Source: an uncultured delta proteobacterium
GTDB lineage: Bacteria; Myxococcota; Myxococcia; Myxococcales; Myxococcaceae
Length of the DNA stretch: 64,000 bases
Assembly (NCBI GenBank): GCA_963796055.1
Contig: CAWCKH010000004.1
Span: 2,464,001-2,528,000 of the forward strand
Direction: 5' to 3'
The notes under the pieces were generated by a model. It had not been told where the DNA came from. It saw only the letters and a program-made list of their open reading frames with translations, and made no database searches. Made by a program: the position numbers and the translations under genes. Positions 9,832 through 19,281 of the stretch are shown here, one piece after another; position 1 is the stretch's first letter, and the number at the start of each line of letters is the position of its first letter.

Positions 9832-9841
9832 GCGGACGCGG

Positions 9842-12397
9842 TCAGGGGACAACGTTCGGCGTGTGGGCGTCGTACCGCGCCTTCGCCGGCAACGTCGTCG
9901 TCTGTCCGGTGAGCGGGTTCACCCACGGCCAGGGGTTGTTGCCGAAGAACGCAGGCTTCGCGGTCAAGTAGAACGAGTTGGGGATGGTCTTCGCCCCGTT
10001 CGCCCAGACCACGCCGTTGCTGACGTTGTCCCAGTTCCCGTCGCGGAAGATGTGGGCCAGCGAATACCCGTTGTCCCATCCGAGGCCGTTGGTGTTGTCG
10101 CCCAGCCGGTAGATGGGGGTGCCGCCCTGGGAGGAGGGCGTGGCCTGGTACACCGCGCCGCCCTTGAGCACGTTGCCCACGTAGGCGTGGTCGTGGGTGT
10201 AGCCGTCCATGCCGACCGCCCGCAGGTTGGCGTTGGTGTTCCCCGAGGAGTTTCGCCCGCTGCAGTAGTTGCGAAGGTGGGTGTGCCACGCCGAGTTCCC
10301 GTGGGTGGTGTCGGCGCCGATGTTGGGTGTCCAGTTCCCCTCGATGAGGTCGTGGTGGGTGAAGTTGGCGTGGCACTCGTCGATGGCGTTCTCCTGCCAC
10401 CCCGGGCTGTTCCAGAGCACCGCCTCGTCCACGTAGTTGTAGGCAATGACGTTCCCACCACCGGTGGAGTTGAGGGCGATGGGCTTGTTGTTCTCCACGG
10501 TGACGTTGTTCTCCACCAGGCAGGCGGAGGAGCCGGCGCCGACCACGATGCCGTAGGCCTGGCCGCCAGGATTCTCGTCCGCCGAGCCGTGCGCGTAGGA
10601 ATCGCGGATGACGCAGCGGTAGCTCCGACCGATCCCGATGTTGTACCCGTACTTGCCCGGATGGTTCACCGGGTCGCCGCTCCTCCGCTCGCCATCCGCC
10701 TCGACGTTCTTCGCCCAGCAGTAGGCCATGTAGCTGAAGTTGATGGTCCCCCCGGGGAAGCCCCACTGGTTGTTGCCGCCCGCGACGGCGATGTTCTCGA
10801 TCCCCGACCAGCGATTCCCGAGCTGACCCGCGGAGGTGTTCGCCGGGATCGTCTTCCAGACCTGGGCGGTCCTCGAGACCAGGAAGTCGAGGTGGAGCGG
10901 GTCCTTGAGGGTCAGAGTGTTCCCGCTGATGGCGACGACCTCGTCGGTCTGCATCCGCGAGCGCCACGAAGGGACGGCGCTCTGGGCGGCGGCGTTGGCC
11001 GAGGAGATGTCGGAGACGTTGATCGCCGGCGCCCCGGTCGACGGGCCGCTCCAGCCGTACGTCGGCTGACGCTTGAAGTACTGGCCGTCGTAGAACCAGA
11101 GATAGCCGTCGTTGAGGTAGACGCTTCCTACCTTCGTCGCCGGCCCATCGAGCATGTCGATGGTGACCACGTCGCCGACGGCGAAGGCGCTGCCGTTGCC
11201 CACCTTGAGGGTCGTCGTCCCGCGGCCGGCGTCCGCGGTCAGCGCCTGGACCCCGAAGCTCGCGTCCCCGGTCCCGCTGCGATGGCCAAAGAGGATGACC
11301 GCGCCGTAGTCGGGGATGGTGCCATTGGCCACGATCCGGGTGGTGTCAGCGCCCTCGCCGCGGATGGTGACGTTGTCCACACGCACGTAGAGGCCGACTT
11401 GCCCCCCCGCGTTGGGCAGCTGCTGCGGATTGACGAAGTAGGTGCCCGCCTTGAGCTTGACAATCTTCCGCATGCTCGGCGTGGCGACCGCCCCCGCCGA
11501 GTTGATTGCCGCCTGCATCGCGGATGTGAACTGGACCGCCTTGGGTTGTCCGGTGAGGCTCGGGTCAACCGAGTACCCCCCGTAGGGGTCTCCCTGCGGC
11601 AGCCAGACCGACGCCGGATGGACTGGGTCGTTGTCCGTGGGGATGCCGCCCGGGATGCCAGGATTCCAGGCCGTGCGGAACGCATCGGGGATGATGGACT
11701 GGTCGACCGAGCTCCCGGCGCCGCAGACGTTGGCCACGCCGCCTCCGCCGCAGGTGTCGGAGCCGGTGCAGGAGCCGCACTGGAGCGAGCTGCCGCAGCC
11801 GTCGCTGATCGCCCCGCAGTTCTTGCCCTGGGCCGCGCACGTCGTGGGGGTGCAGCTGCCGGCGCCGCAGACGTTTGGCGTGCCTCCGCCACCACACGAT
11901 TGGCCCTGGCCGCAGGTCCCGCACGAGAGCGTCGTGCCGCAGCCGTCGCTGATGGTCCCGCAGTTCTTGCCCTGGGCGGCGCAGGTGGTCGGGATACAGG
12001 CGCTGGCGCCGCAGACGTTGGGAGTGCCTCCACCGCCACACGATTGTCCCTGGCCGCAGGTCCCGCACGAGAGTGTCGCGCCGCAGCCGTCGCTGATGGT
12101 CCCGCAATTCTTGCCCTGGGCGGCGCAGGTGGTGGGGGTGCAGGTGCCGGTCCCGCAGACGTTGGGAGCGCCTCCGCCGCCGCAGGTCTGGCCCGAGCCG
12201 CAGGCGCCGCAGCCCACACTGCCCCCGCAGCCGTCGGGGAGCGTGCCGCAGTTCTTTCCTTGTGGGCAGGAGGCCAGCGGCGTGCAGGAGGACGGGCCGC
12301 CGTCGGGAGACTCACCGTTCGAAAGCTCGACCACGCCCTGACATCCGAGGCAGAGCAGAACGACGATGCAGGCGATGGGTGCCCGTGCATGTTCCAT
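9842..12397 (-). CDS. Secreted lipoprotein with Cys-rich repeats and pectate-lyase-like right-handed beta-helix domain
   Basis: LCLGC lipobox; four Cys-rich repeats; VKLKAGTY…NVTIRGEG and Asn-rich beta-helix repeats; C-terminal KPAFFG…PWPW…LPAKAR. Confidence 0.8.
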   Translation of the reverse strand: MEHARAPIACIVVLLCLGCQGVVELSNGESPDGGPSSCTPLASCPQGKNCGTLPDGCGGSVGCGACGSGQTCGGGGAPNVCGTGTCTPTTCAAQGKNCGTISDGCGATLSCGTCGQGQSCGGGGTPNVCGASACIPTTCAAQGKNCGTISDGCGTTLSCGTCGQGQSCGGGGTPNVCGAGSCTPTTCAAQGKNCGAISDGCGSSLQCGSCTGSDTCGGGGVANVCGAGSSVDQSIIPDAFRTAWNPGIPGGIPTDNDPVHPASVWLPQGDPYGGYSVDPSLTGQPKAVQFTSAMQAAINSAGAVATPSMRKIVKLKAGTYFVNPQQLPNAGGQVGLYVRVDNVTIRGEGADTTRIVANGTIPDYGAVILFGHRSGTGDASFGVQALTADAGRGTTTLKVGNGSAFAVGDVVTIDMLDGPATKVGSVYLNDGYLWFYDGQYFKRQPTYGWSGPSTGAPAINVSDISSANAAAQSAVPSWRSRMQTDEVVAISGNTLTLKDPLHLDFLVSRTAQVWKTIPANTSAGQLGNRWSGIENIAVAGGNNQWGFPGGTINFSYMAYCWAKNVEADGERRSGDPVNHPGKYGYNIGIGRSYRCVIRDSYAHGSADENPGGQAYGIVVGAGSSACLVENNVTVENNKPIALNSTGGGNVIAYNYVDEAVLWNSPGWQENAIDECHANFTHHDLIEGNWTPNIGADTTHGNSAWHTHLRNYCSGRNSSGNTNANLRAVGMDGYTHDHAYVGNVLKGGAVYQATPSSQGGTPIYRLGDNTNGLGWDNGYSLAHIFRDGNWDNVSNGVVWANGAKTIPNSFYLTAKPAFFGNNPWPWVNPLTGQTTTLPAKARYDAHTPNVVP
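11711..12286 (-). repeat. Four tandem 144-bp (48-aa) coding repeats CTPTTCAAQGKNCGTISDGCG…CGGGGTPNVCG
   Basis: Visible in both DNA and translation; repeats 2 and 3 nearly identical. Confidence 0.9.
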
Positions 12398-12739
12398 CCC
12401 GTCCGGGGATGTCACGCCGCACCCGCCCGGGACAAGGTGCACATCGGCGCCAAATTCGAGAAGTTCGGTGCTCGACTCGTAACTTTGTGATCAGGGCGGC
12501 GGCGAGACTTCGAGGAGACCGACAACGAAGGGTCGACCACGCCGTGGAGGGGCGGCAGCGAATGCTCCGCTCGTCACAGTCGAGTCGCCTGGCCTCGGCT
12601 TCGGACCGTGGCGGGTTGTCACGGTCCCCCGCGGGGCGCCGGAAGCGGGCGAGGCGGGGCGTCCAGGCGCGCGGACGCTTGAGCGCGTCGGTGCGCTCAT
12701 GCTGCCGCGGCTCACGCACGGCCGGGGCCGGCCCTCCCC

Positions 12740-12802
12740 GAAAACAGATGTTTGCTTCCTGCAAGCAAACAGTTTTCGAAACCACTTGCTTGCTGGAAGC
12801 AA
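12740..12802. promoter_or_regulatory. AT-rich island with two TTGCTT-N5-AAGCAA palindromes
   Basis: Copies at 12752-12768 and 12786-12802; function not established. Confidence 0.55.
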
Positions 12803-12845
12803 TGATTCGTTTTTTGGAGGCGGCGCCCCCCCGCCAGTGTGCCCT

Positions 12846-13967
12846 TCAGACCCCGAGCGGCCGGGCGTCGTATCCAGGGAAGACGGTAGACGGCGGCACC
12901 GCCCCGTGTCGCGCGAGCACCGCAGCAAGGACGTCCCGGAAATCGTGCACCACGGGGAGGTCGCCGGGGCCCTCGAGCCGGTCCGCGTCCAGTCCGGGCC
13001 AGCGGCAGTGCATCCCGCCCGGCGTTCCGCCCCCGAGGATGAGCATCACGCCCCCACGGCCGTGGTCCGTCCCGAGGCTCGCGTTCTCCGCCACCCGCCG
13101 CCCGAACTCGGACATCACCACCACCGTGACCCGTCCGAGCGCCGGCCCGAGGTCGGTGGCGAAGGCCGACAGCCCGAGCGCCAGGGCACGCATCCGCGGC
13201 GCGACGCTCGTCTCCTGCGCGAAGTGGCTGTCCCAGCCCGGGAGGTCCACGCAGGCCGCGACCAGCCCGATGCGTGCCCGGATCAGTGCCGCGAGTTGGG
13301 CGAGCTGCCGGCCGAAGGCGTGGGCCACCTCGCCCTCGCGCGGCTCCGCGTACCGGGCCCCGTGCTCCGGGCGCACCCCCTCCGTCCGGAGCCTGGAGAC
13401 ACGCTCCGCCGCTGCGAGCGCGTCGCGTGCCGGTGCCCCGAGCCGTTCGTCTCGTGCGTAGAGCCCGCCCAGCGACGCGCACAGAGCGCTCCACTCCGGA
13501 CCGGGCGCGAGCTCCATCAGGCCGGCGAGGGCGGTGGCCGACGGTGCGCCGCGGAGACTGTCGGGGATTTCCGGGCCGGTGGTGGCCGCGGTGAGCGCCC
13601 CGTTCATCCCCCGTGCCCGAAGCCAGCGCCCGAGCCACCCCCCGGAGGCCGACGCTCCACCGCGCTCCATCAGCTCCTGGGCCACGAAGTGCGAGCGGCT
13701 GTCGTCGTCCGACCCGACTGCATGCACCACTGCCAGCTGGCCCGAGAGGAACCAGGGGTGGAGCTCGGCCAGCTCCGGCGCAAGCCCGAACCGACCGTCC
13801 AGCCGGAGCGCACGCGATGCAGGAACGCCGAGGCGTGGCCGGGCGCGGTGGTAGCCGTCGTCTCCGACCGGTGGGACGAGGGCCAGCCCATCGGCGCCCC
13901 CCCGCAGGAACACCGCCACCAGCACCCGCTCCTCGTCGGGAGACTGGCCCAGGCCGATCGTGGTCAT
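12846..13967 (-). CDS. DUF1501 family protein
   Basis: VFLRGGADGL, SRSHF, GWDSH, MSEFGRR..EN..GTDHG, DFRDV motifs. Confidence 0.9.
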   Translation of the reverse strand: MTTIGLGQSPDEERVLVAVFLRGGADGLALVPPVGDDGYHRARPRLGVPASRALRLDGRFGLAPELAELHPWFLSGQLAVVHAVGSDDDSRSHFVAQELMERGGASASGGWLGRWLRARGMNGALTAATTGPEIPDSLRGAPSATALAGLMELAPGPEWSALCASLGGLYARDERLGAPARDALAAAERVSRLRTEGVRPEHGARYAEPREGEVAHAFGRQLAQLAALIRARIGLVAACVDLPGWDSHFAQETSVAPRMRALALGLSAFATDLGPALGRVTVVVMSEFGRRVAENASLGTDHGRGGVMLILGGGTPGGMHCRWPGLDADRLEGPGDLPVVHDFRDVLAAVLARHGAVPPSTVFPGYDARPLGV

Positions 13968-13971
13968 CGGT

Positions 13972-15403
13972 TCAGCACCTCTGGAAGGCCGGGGAGGCGA
14001 GGATCACCGCCAGGGGTCGTGGGCTCGCGGCGAGCGCCGTCCGCCCCACCAGGTCCGGCGCGCGCCCGAGCAGATGGGCGGCAAGACGGTCCACCCCTCC
14101 GGCGCCGGCCACGAGCGCCTGGACGTCGAGCGAGGTCCCGGTGAGCTCTCCGCCGGCCAGCGCCATCGACAGCCGCCAGCGCCACAGCAAGGTGCCCGTC
14201 CATGCCGTGGCGAGCTCGGGCGCGCCCTCGGGCGTGGGGTACTGGAACGGCGCTTGCCCCATGTGCTGCAGCAGCTCGAGCAACGGCGCTCCACCGTCGG
14301 TCCGTGCCCCGGTGGCCCGCAGCGCCGAGGCCACGGCCTGGAAGGGCCGCTTCAGTTTGGCCCTTCGTGCCTCGGGAGAGCGGAAGGCCTGGGTGCGGAA
14401 GAGCGCGCGGAGCGTGACGCGGAGGTCACCCTCGCTCTCCCGGAACGCCGCCGCGACCGTCTCCACCGCCTCCGCGGGCGGAGTGTCGGCGATGAAGCGA
14501 CGGCAGAGCTTCGTTGCGACGTGCCTGGCGGTCGCGCGGTGCGCGGCGACGATGTCGAGCAGCACCTTCGAGATCTCCGGCCCCGCCTCCGGCGGCGAGG
14601 CGATGGCCGAGCACGCGCTTCTCGCCGTCGTCGTGCAGCGCGGGATCGAACTCCACCCGTCCCTTCCGGTACCGGTGCCGGTCGCGCACGGTCCACCCGG
14701 TCAGGCACCGCGCGGCCTCCATCACGTCGGCTTGCGTGTAGCCGCCGTCCACTCCCAGGGTGTGCAGCTCCAGCAGCTCGCGGGCGTAGTTCTCGTTGGG
14801 CCGCTCGCTCGCGCTCGCGCGGCGGTTGCTCCGCCCGTCAAGGTACCAGAGCATCGCCGGGCTCAGCGCCGAGGCCCCGATCAGGTCCCGGAAACGGCCG
14901 AGCGCGTGGCGGCGGACCACCTCGCGGTCGTCGGCGGCCTTGAGCCAGGCACACTCGCCCTTGCTGGCGTCGATGTTGAGGTGGTCGCTCCAGAAGTCGA
15001 CCATCGCCTCCCGCAGCTGCCAGCGAGAGCCGACGGCGCGGAGCAACGCCGCCGAGGAGAGCTCACGGAGCAGCACCTCCGGCTTCCACTCGTACAGCTC
15101 GCCCACCGGCTGGCCGAGGGAGGCGAGCCGGCCCAGGCTCCGTCGCAGCTCGGCACCCTCCTCGCCGGTGGGCTGGAGCTGCTGCTCGACCCATCGGTCC
15201 ACCGCGTCTTCCACCCGGAGCGCGAGCGCCCGGAGGCGCTCGCGGTCACCAGGGGCCGCGCCGAAGCCGCAGCGGGAGAGCACGTGCTCGACCAGGTCCA
15301 CCTCCCGGTTCTCCGGGGCCGCTCGCGGCGCGTGGCCCAGCACTGCCACGGAGAAGACCGCCGCGCTCCCGCCCGCCAGCACGCCGCGTCTGGTCAAGGT
15401 CAT
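13972..15403 (-). CDS. DUF1800 family protein, interrupted by a single extra base near 14566-14568
   Basis: QLREAMVDFWSDH, PAMLWYLD, PNENYARELLELHTLG; downstream frame has H.ATARHVATKLCRRF and SPAFQ; Tat-like TRRGVL N-terminus. Confidence 0.85.
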
Positions 15404-15430
15404 GGGTCTGCTCCCCGGAGCGAGCGCGGC

Positions 15431-15964
15431 TCAGCTCTCGACCTGCACCGGCGGTCTCCCCAGCCGCGGCCTCGGTTGCTCGGGCAGGGACACGGGGCGG
15501 CGGGGGAGCAGCATCGCCCCCAGGCCGCTGGCGAGGGTCAGCGGGAACAGCGCGAACCACCCGAGCAGCGGGACGACGAACAGCAGCGCGAGCACTGCTC
15601 CACCGCGGAGCACGCGCCGCCACGGCTGCTGGCGATCCACCGGCGTCGCGAGCCCGGCACCGATGCGGTCCGCCAGACCGGCGGAGCCGACGAGGGCCAG
15701 GAGCAGCGGAACCATGAGCATCGCCCCGGTGACGAGCTTCACCCCTGGATGCGCGGCACGGGCGAAGACCAGGAACACGCCGACCACCGGTACCAGCGCG
15801 CCCAGCCCGGCGAGCGTCGCGGCCACCGGGCGGGTGGCGTAGGTCTCGTGCGCGCGCTCCACCGTGGGCCGGAACAGTGCCACCGCAGCCAGCCAGTAGG
15901 CGTTCAGGGCCAGGTAGGCCCCGGCGACCATCAGAAACCAGAAGAGGATGTCGGCGAGGATCAT
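15431..15964 (-). CDS. Hypothetical multi-pass membrane protein
   Basis: About 5 hydrophobic segments; ATGA overlap with upstream gene. Confidence 0.7.
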   Translation of the reverse strand: MILADILFWFLMVAGAYLALNAYWLAAVALFRPTVERAHETYATRPVAATLAGLGALVPVVGVFLVFARAAHPGVKLVTGAMLMVPLLLALVGSAGLADRIGAGLATPVDRQQPWRRVLRGGAVLALLFVVPLLGWFALFPLTLASGLGAMLLPRRPVSLPEQPRPRLGRPPVQVES

Positions 15965-16386
15965 GGCGTCTCGGTCCTGCGGGGGGTGAAGGGGAAGTCG
16001 GGCAGCTGCTCCGGCCAGCGGGAGACCGCGGCGAGCGCGGAACGGAGCTCCGGGAGGGCGGGGCGCGGAGGGACGGGGGCAGACGGGAGCCGCGGGGCGT
16101 GCGGGACCTCGCGTGGAAGCGACACGATGCGGGCGCCGAGCGCCTCCACGGTGGAGGCAATCGGCGCCGGCCAGAGGAGGACCGTGACGGTCGCGGCCAC
16201 CGCGAACGCCGCCAGACCCGCCCCGGCGAAGGGCTCCGGTGCTGGCCGGCGATCCGCGGACCGGGCGACGAGACCCCGCCGGGCGACGCGCTCGACCCAG
16301 GCCAGGGTTGCGGGAGCGGTCGCCGGCGCCGGAGCGCGTCGTGCCGCATCCACCAGCCGGTTCCACCGCCGCTCGAGCTCACTCAT
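15961..16386 (-). CDS. Putative transmembrane anti-sigma factor
   Basis: Overlaps ECF sigma stop; one TM helix; short cytoplasmic N-terminus. Confidence 0.6.
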   Translation of the reverse strand: MSELERRWNRLVDAARRAPAPATAPATLAWVERVARRGLVARSADRRPAPEPFAGAGLAAFAVAATVTVLLWPAPIASTVEALGARIVSLPREVPHAPRLPSAPVPPRPALPELRSALAAVSRWPEQLPDFPFTPRRTETP

Positions 16387-17005
16387 CGCCGGGCTCCCCC
16401 TCGCGCGCCGGAACCGACAGCAGCCTGCGGCCCGCGTCCTGGAGTCGGCGGCGGGCGCGGAACGCCCTGACCTTGAGCACGGTCCGGCTTCGACCGGTGA
16501 GCGCCGACACCTCCTCCAGAGGCCGCTCCTCGAGCGAGAGCAAGGTGAGGAGCAGGCGATCCTCGGCGGGGAGCTCGGCCAGGAGCGCCTCCACTGCCGC
16601 CCGCGCGGCGAGCACGTCGTCCACGCGCGGCGTCGGGTCGACGATCAGCGCGGTGACCCACTCGACCGCCGCGGCCGACAGCGGTGGCCTGTGCACCCGG
16701 CGGCTCTCCGCCCGCAGCGCGTCCCGGCAGAGATTGATCGTCAGCCGCGACAGCCAGTGCTCGAAGGGAATCCCGTCCCGCGCCTGGTACCGGTCGAGCC
16801 GGGTGAACACCGCAAGGAAGACCTCCTGGACCAGGTCGTCTTCCGGGACCGCCCGGGGCCGGTGCGCGCACACCAGGCGCCGGACCAGCGGCTCGCAGTG
16901 GCGGACCAGCTGCTCGGCCGCGGCGTTCTCGCCTCGGCGGATGCCGTCCAGGCACTCCTGGATCGACAGGGGCACGTCCGGCGGCACTGGGCAGGAAGCA
17001 GCCAT
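16379..17005 (-). CDS. ECF RNA polymerase sigma factor
   Basis: EDDLVQEVFL, FEHWLSRLTINLCRDALR (region 2); EEVSALTGRSRTVLKVRAFRARRRL (region 4); start 17005 or 16975. Confidence 0.9.
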   Translation of the reverse strand: MAASCPVPPDVPLSIQECLDGIRRGENAAAEQLVRHCEPLVRRLVCAHRPRAVPEDDLVQEVFLAVFTRLDRYQARDGIPFEHWLSRLTINLCRDALRAESRRVHRPPLSAAAVEWVTALIVDPTPRVDDVLAARAAVEALLAELPAEDRLLLTLLSLEERPLEEVSALTGRSRTVLKVRAFRARRRLQDAGRRLLSVPAREGEPGDE

Positions 17006-17154
17006 CCACGACCGGGAGAACGACGCCGGTCTGGAGCGGTTACGGCCGTCCGTGGTCGGCGCTTGCGCGGGCCCGGGCGGTGTCCTCACCGACTCGCGGA
17101 GAGCCCGGCGAGATCCACCAGCGTGGACGGGGGTTCTGCACCGCAGGCCCTGAG

Positions 17155-17985
17155 CTACGGGGCATAGCCGCTGGCCGGGCTCCTCAGCCGCGCCCGCACG
17201 CTGTCCAGCGCATCCCGGTACAGCCGGTCGTCCTTCCGCGACACCGCCTCAGCGTAGAGCGGCTCGGCCGCCTCCCAGTAGCCGAGTGCCTCCAGCACCA
17301 GGCCGAGGTCGTATGCGGCGGCGGCGAGCTCCGGATGGCGGACGTGCACCGACTCGAACGACGCCCGCGCCTCCTCCAGATCCCCACGGGCCGCGGCGGT
17401 CGCTCCGGGCTGGAGCAGGGGGCTGTCCACGTCCAGCTCGACCTCCTCCACCCGCGGCCGGGGCGCGAGCGCCCGCAGCAGGTCGTCGACGGCGCGGAGA
17501 CTCGACTCCAGCAGGAGCTGCTCTCGAGCGGCGCGGGAGACGTCGGTCGGGCTCTCGGTCCCCTCCACCAGACCACCGGTCTCGTACGGCTCGCTCCAGG
17601 GACCTTCGGGCGAGCGGGACACCCGGGTCAGCAGCCGCACCCGGGCCTGTGGCTCGGCGTCGCCCTCCTTGCTCCGCGGGGAGGCGAAGCTCCACTGGGC
17701 CACGTCCAGGGAGACGTAGGCCCGTCGCCCGCTCGCGTCCACCGGGTCGCCCGGCTTCCAGGCCTCGACCTGGAAGAAGCCCTGCCGCGCGGACCGGCCG
17801 TTCAGCGTGTGGACGACGACGCCTGGCGAGTCGTCCGGCCCGTCCACTCGAACCAGAGAGAGCACGCGCGCCCGCGGCCCCAGGTCCACCACCGCGGGGG
17901 CGGGCCGGGCGACGCGCATCGTCGGGGCGCAGGCTCCGAGCAGGAGCAGCCCGGCGAGCGCGCTACGGCATCCTCCCCACCGCAT
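17155..17985 (-). CDS. Lipoprotein with C-terminal TPR
   Basis: LLLLGAC lipobox; AAAAYDLGLVLEALG…AEPLYAEA TPR. Confidence 0.7.
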   Translation of the reverse strand: MRWGGCRSALAGLLLLGACAPTMRVARPAPAVVDLGPRARVLSLVRVDGPDDSPGVVVHTLNGRSARQGFFQVEAWKPGDPVDASGRRAYVSLDVAQWSFASPRSKEGDAEPQARVRLLTRVSRSPEGPWSEPYETGGLVEGTESPTDVSRAAREQLLLESSLRAVDDLLRALAPRPRVEEVELDVDSPLLQPGATAAARGDLEEARASFESVHVRHPELAAAAYDLGLVLEALGYWEAAEPLYAEAVSRKDDRLYRDALDSVRARLRSPASGYAP

Positions 17986-18679
17986 CCATTCCAAAGGTCA
18001 GCTCCGCCTGCCAGGGTCCCGCCGGGAACCCGTCCAGCACCAGCACCCGGTCGAGCGCTCGGAGCGTCTCCAGCCCGAGCCTGCCGAACTCGACCCCCAG
18101 CGCCGGGGGAGTCCTGGGGCGAGACGTGCCGCCCGTCAACCACACCGTCGCGCCGTGCAGCAGGAGACGTCCGCTGGCGAGCTGCAGCTCGAGCAGCACC
18201 GGCACGCCGAGCCGGGCATCCTTTGGCAGCTCGCCCGATTCGAGCTCCACGCCGGCGCCCCCGCGCGAGAGGTCTCGCACGCTCCACGCCTGGGTGGTGC
18301 CCTGCGCCTTGAGGTGCACCGGGACCCGCGGGTACCGGCGGGATTTCTCGTGGCGGTGCGCCTCGAAGAGCCGGAGCAGGGCGGCGTCGAGACCCTTCCG
18401 GCTCCTGCCGGGCACGTACCGGATGTTCAGGAAGTACTCGCCCGAGGCAGCGCGACGCACGTCCACCACCTCGCCCATCACCTCGACCGGATGGGAGACC
18501 GACTCGGCGGTGAGCTCGAAGAGGAACTTCGTTCCTCGTTCCAGCGGCCGCTGGCTCGGCAGCGACACCCCGCCCTTGCCGACGCTCTTGGTGAACGCCT
18601 GCAGCAGCGACTCAGGGCTCCGGTACGAGATCCGAAGCCGGACCGGCTGGAGGGAATGCGGGGCGGCCGGAACGTTCAT
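17963..18679 (-). CDS. Tandem PilZ-domain protein (TIGR02266-like N-terminal domain plus PilZ)
   Basis: RRYPR (RxxxR) and DLSRGG (DxSxxG) c-di-GMP motifs; LGVEF strand. Confidence 0.8.
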   Translation of the reverse strand: MNVPAAPHSLQPVRLRISYRSPESLLQAFTKSVGKGGVSLPSQRPLERGTKFLFELTAESVSHPVEVMGEVVDVRRAASGEYFLNIRYVPGRSRKGLDAALLRLFEAHRHEKSRRYPRVPVHLKAQGTTQAWSVRDLSRGGAGVELESGELPKDARLGVPVLLELQLASGRLLLHGATVWLTGGTSRPRTPPALGVEFGRLGLETLRALDRVLVLDGFPAGPWQAELTFGMDAVGRMP

Positions 18680-18760
18680 CGGCGAACGACAAAGTTCCCG
18701 GAAAGTCGAGGTGCCCACAAGCCCCGCAGGGGTAAGGCGGCCCACCTTTCTGGCTTGATC

Positions 18761-18794
18761 GTGGAAAGAAGTGGTATGGAGTGGATCAGCAGGG
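18761..18794 (+). promoter_or_regulatory. MraZ operator boxes (GTGG repeats at 10-bp period)
   Basis: GTGG at 18761, 18771 and 18781, degenerate AGGG at 18791, just upstream of mraZ. Confidence 0.75.
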
Positions 18795-18816
18795 ATCTCC
18801 AGCAGCAGGCAACTTT

Positions 18817-19281
18817 GTGTTCCGGGGCGTCTACGAGCACCAGATCGACGCGAAAGGGCGGACCAGCCTCCCGGCGAAGCTCCGGGAGACGCTGGTGGGC
18901 GCCTACGACGAGCGGCTCATCGTCACCAGCGCTCTCGACCCCTGCCTGCACGCCTACCCGGTGCGCGAGTGGGAGCAGCTCGAGGCGGCCCTGGCCACGC
19001 GCAACCCGATGGAGCCCGGGGTGAAGACCTTGATGCGGCTCTACGTGGCCCCGGCCCAGGAGTGCCCGCTGGACAAGCTGGGGCGGCTGCTGATCCCGCC
19101 CAGCCTGCGCGCCCACGCCGGCCTGGAGAAGGACGTGGTCTGGGCGGGGATGGTGAAGGTCATCGAGCTGTGGAGCCGGGACGGCTGGCGCAAGGCGCAG
19201 GAGGACGCGCGTGGTGCCGCCGACTCGGCCGACGTCATGCGCGTGCTCACCGAGCTGCGCCACGGAAGGGAGCAATCGTGA
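18817..19281 (+). CDS. mraZ: Division/cell-wall cluster repressor MraZ
   Basis: [38 protein letters not shown]. Confidence 0.95.
   Translation: MFRGVYEHQIDAKGRTSLPAKLRETLVGAYDERLIVTSALDPCLHAYPVREWEQLEAALATRNPMEPGVKTLMRLYVAPAQECPLDKLGRLLIPPSLRAHAGLEKDVVWAGMVKVIELWSRDGWRKAQEDARGAADSADVMRVLTELRHGREQS

Noticed and set aside
11711..12286. Regular repeats as a possible CRISPR array
   Set aside because: In-frame 144-bp coding repeats with no unique spacers and no cas genes
12439..12453. TGGCGCCGATGTGCA on the minus strand as a sigma54 promoter
   Set aside because: GG-to-GC spacing is 9 nt, not the required 10
12603..12627. 10-bp hairpin GGACCGTGGC/GTCACGGTCC as a terminator
   Set aside because: No U-tract on either strand; function unsupported
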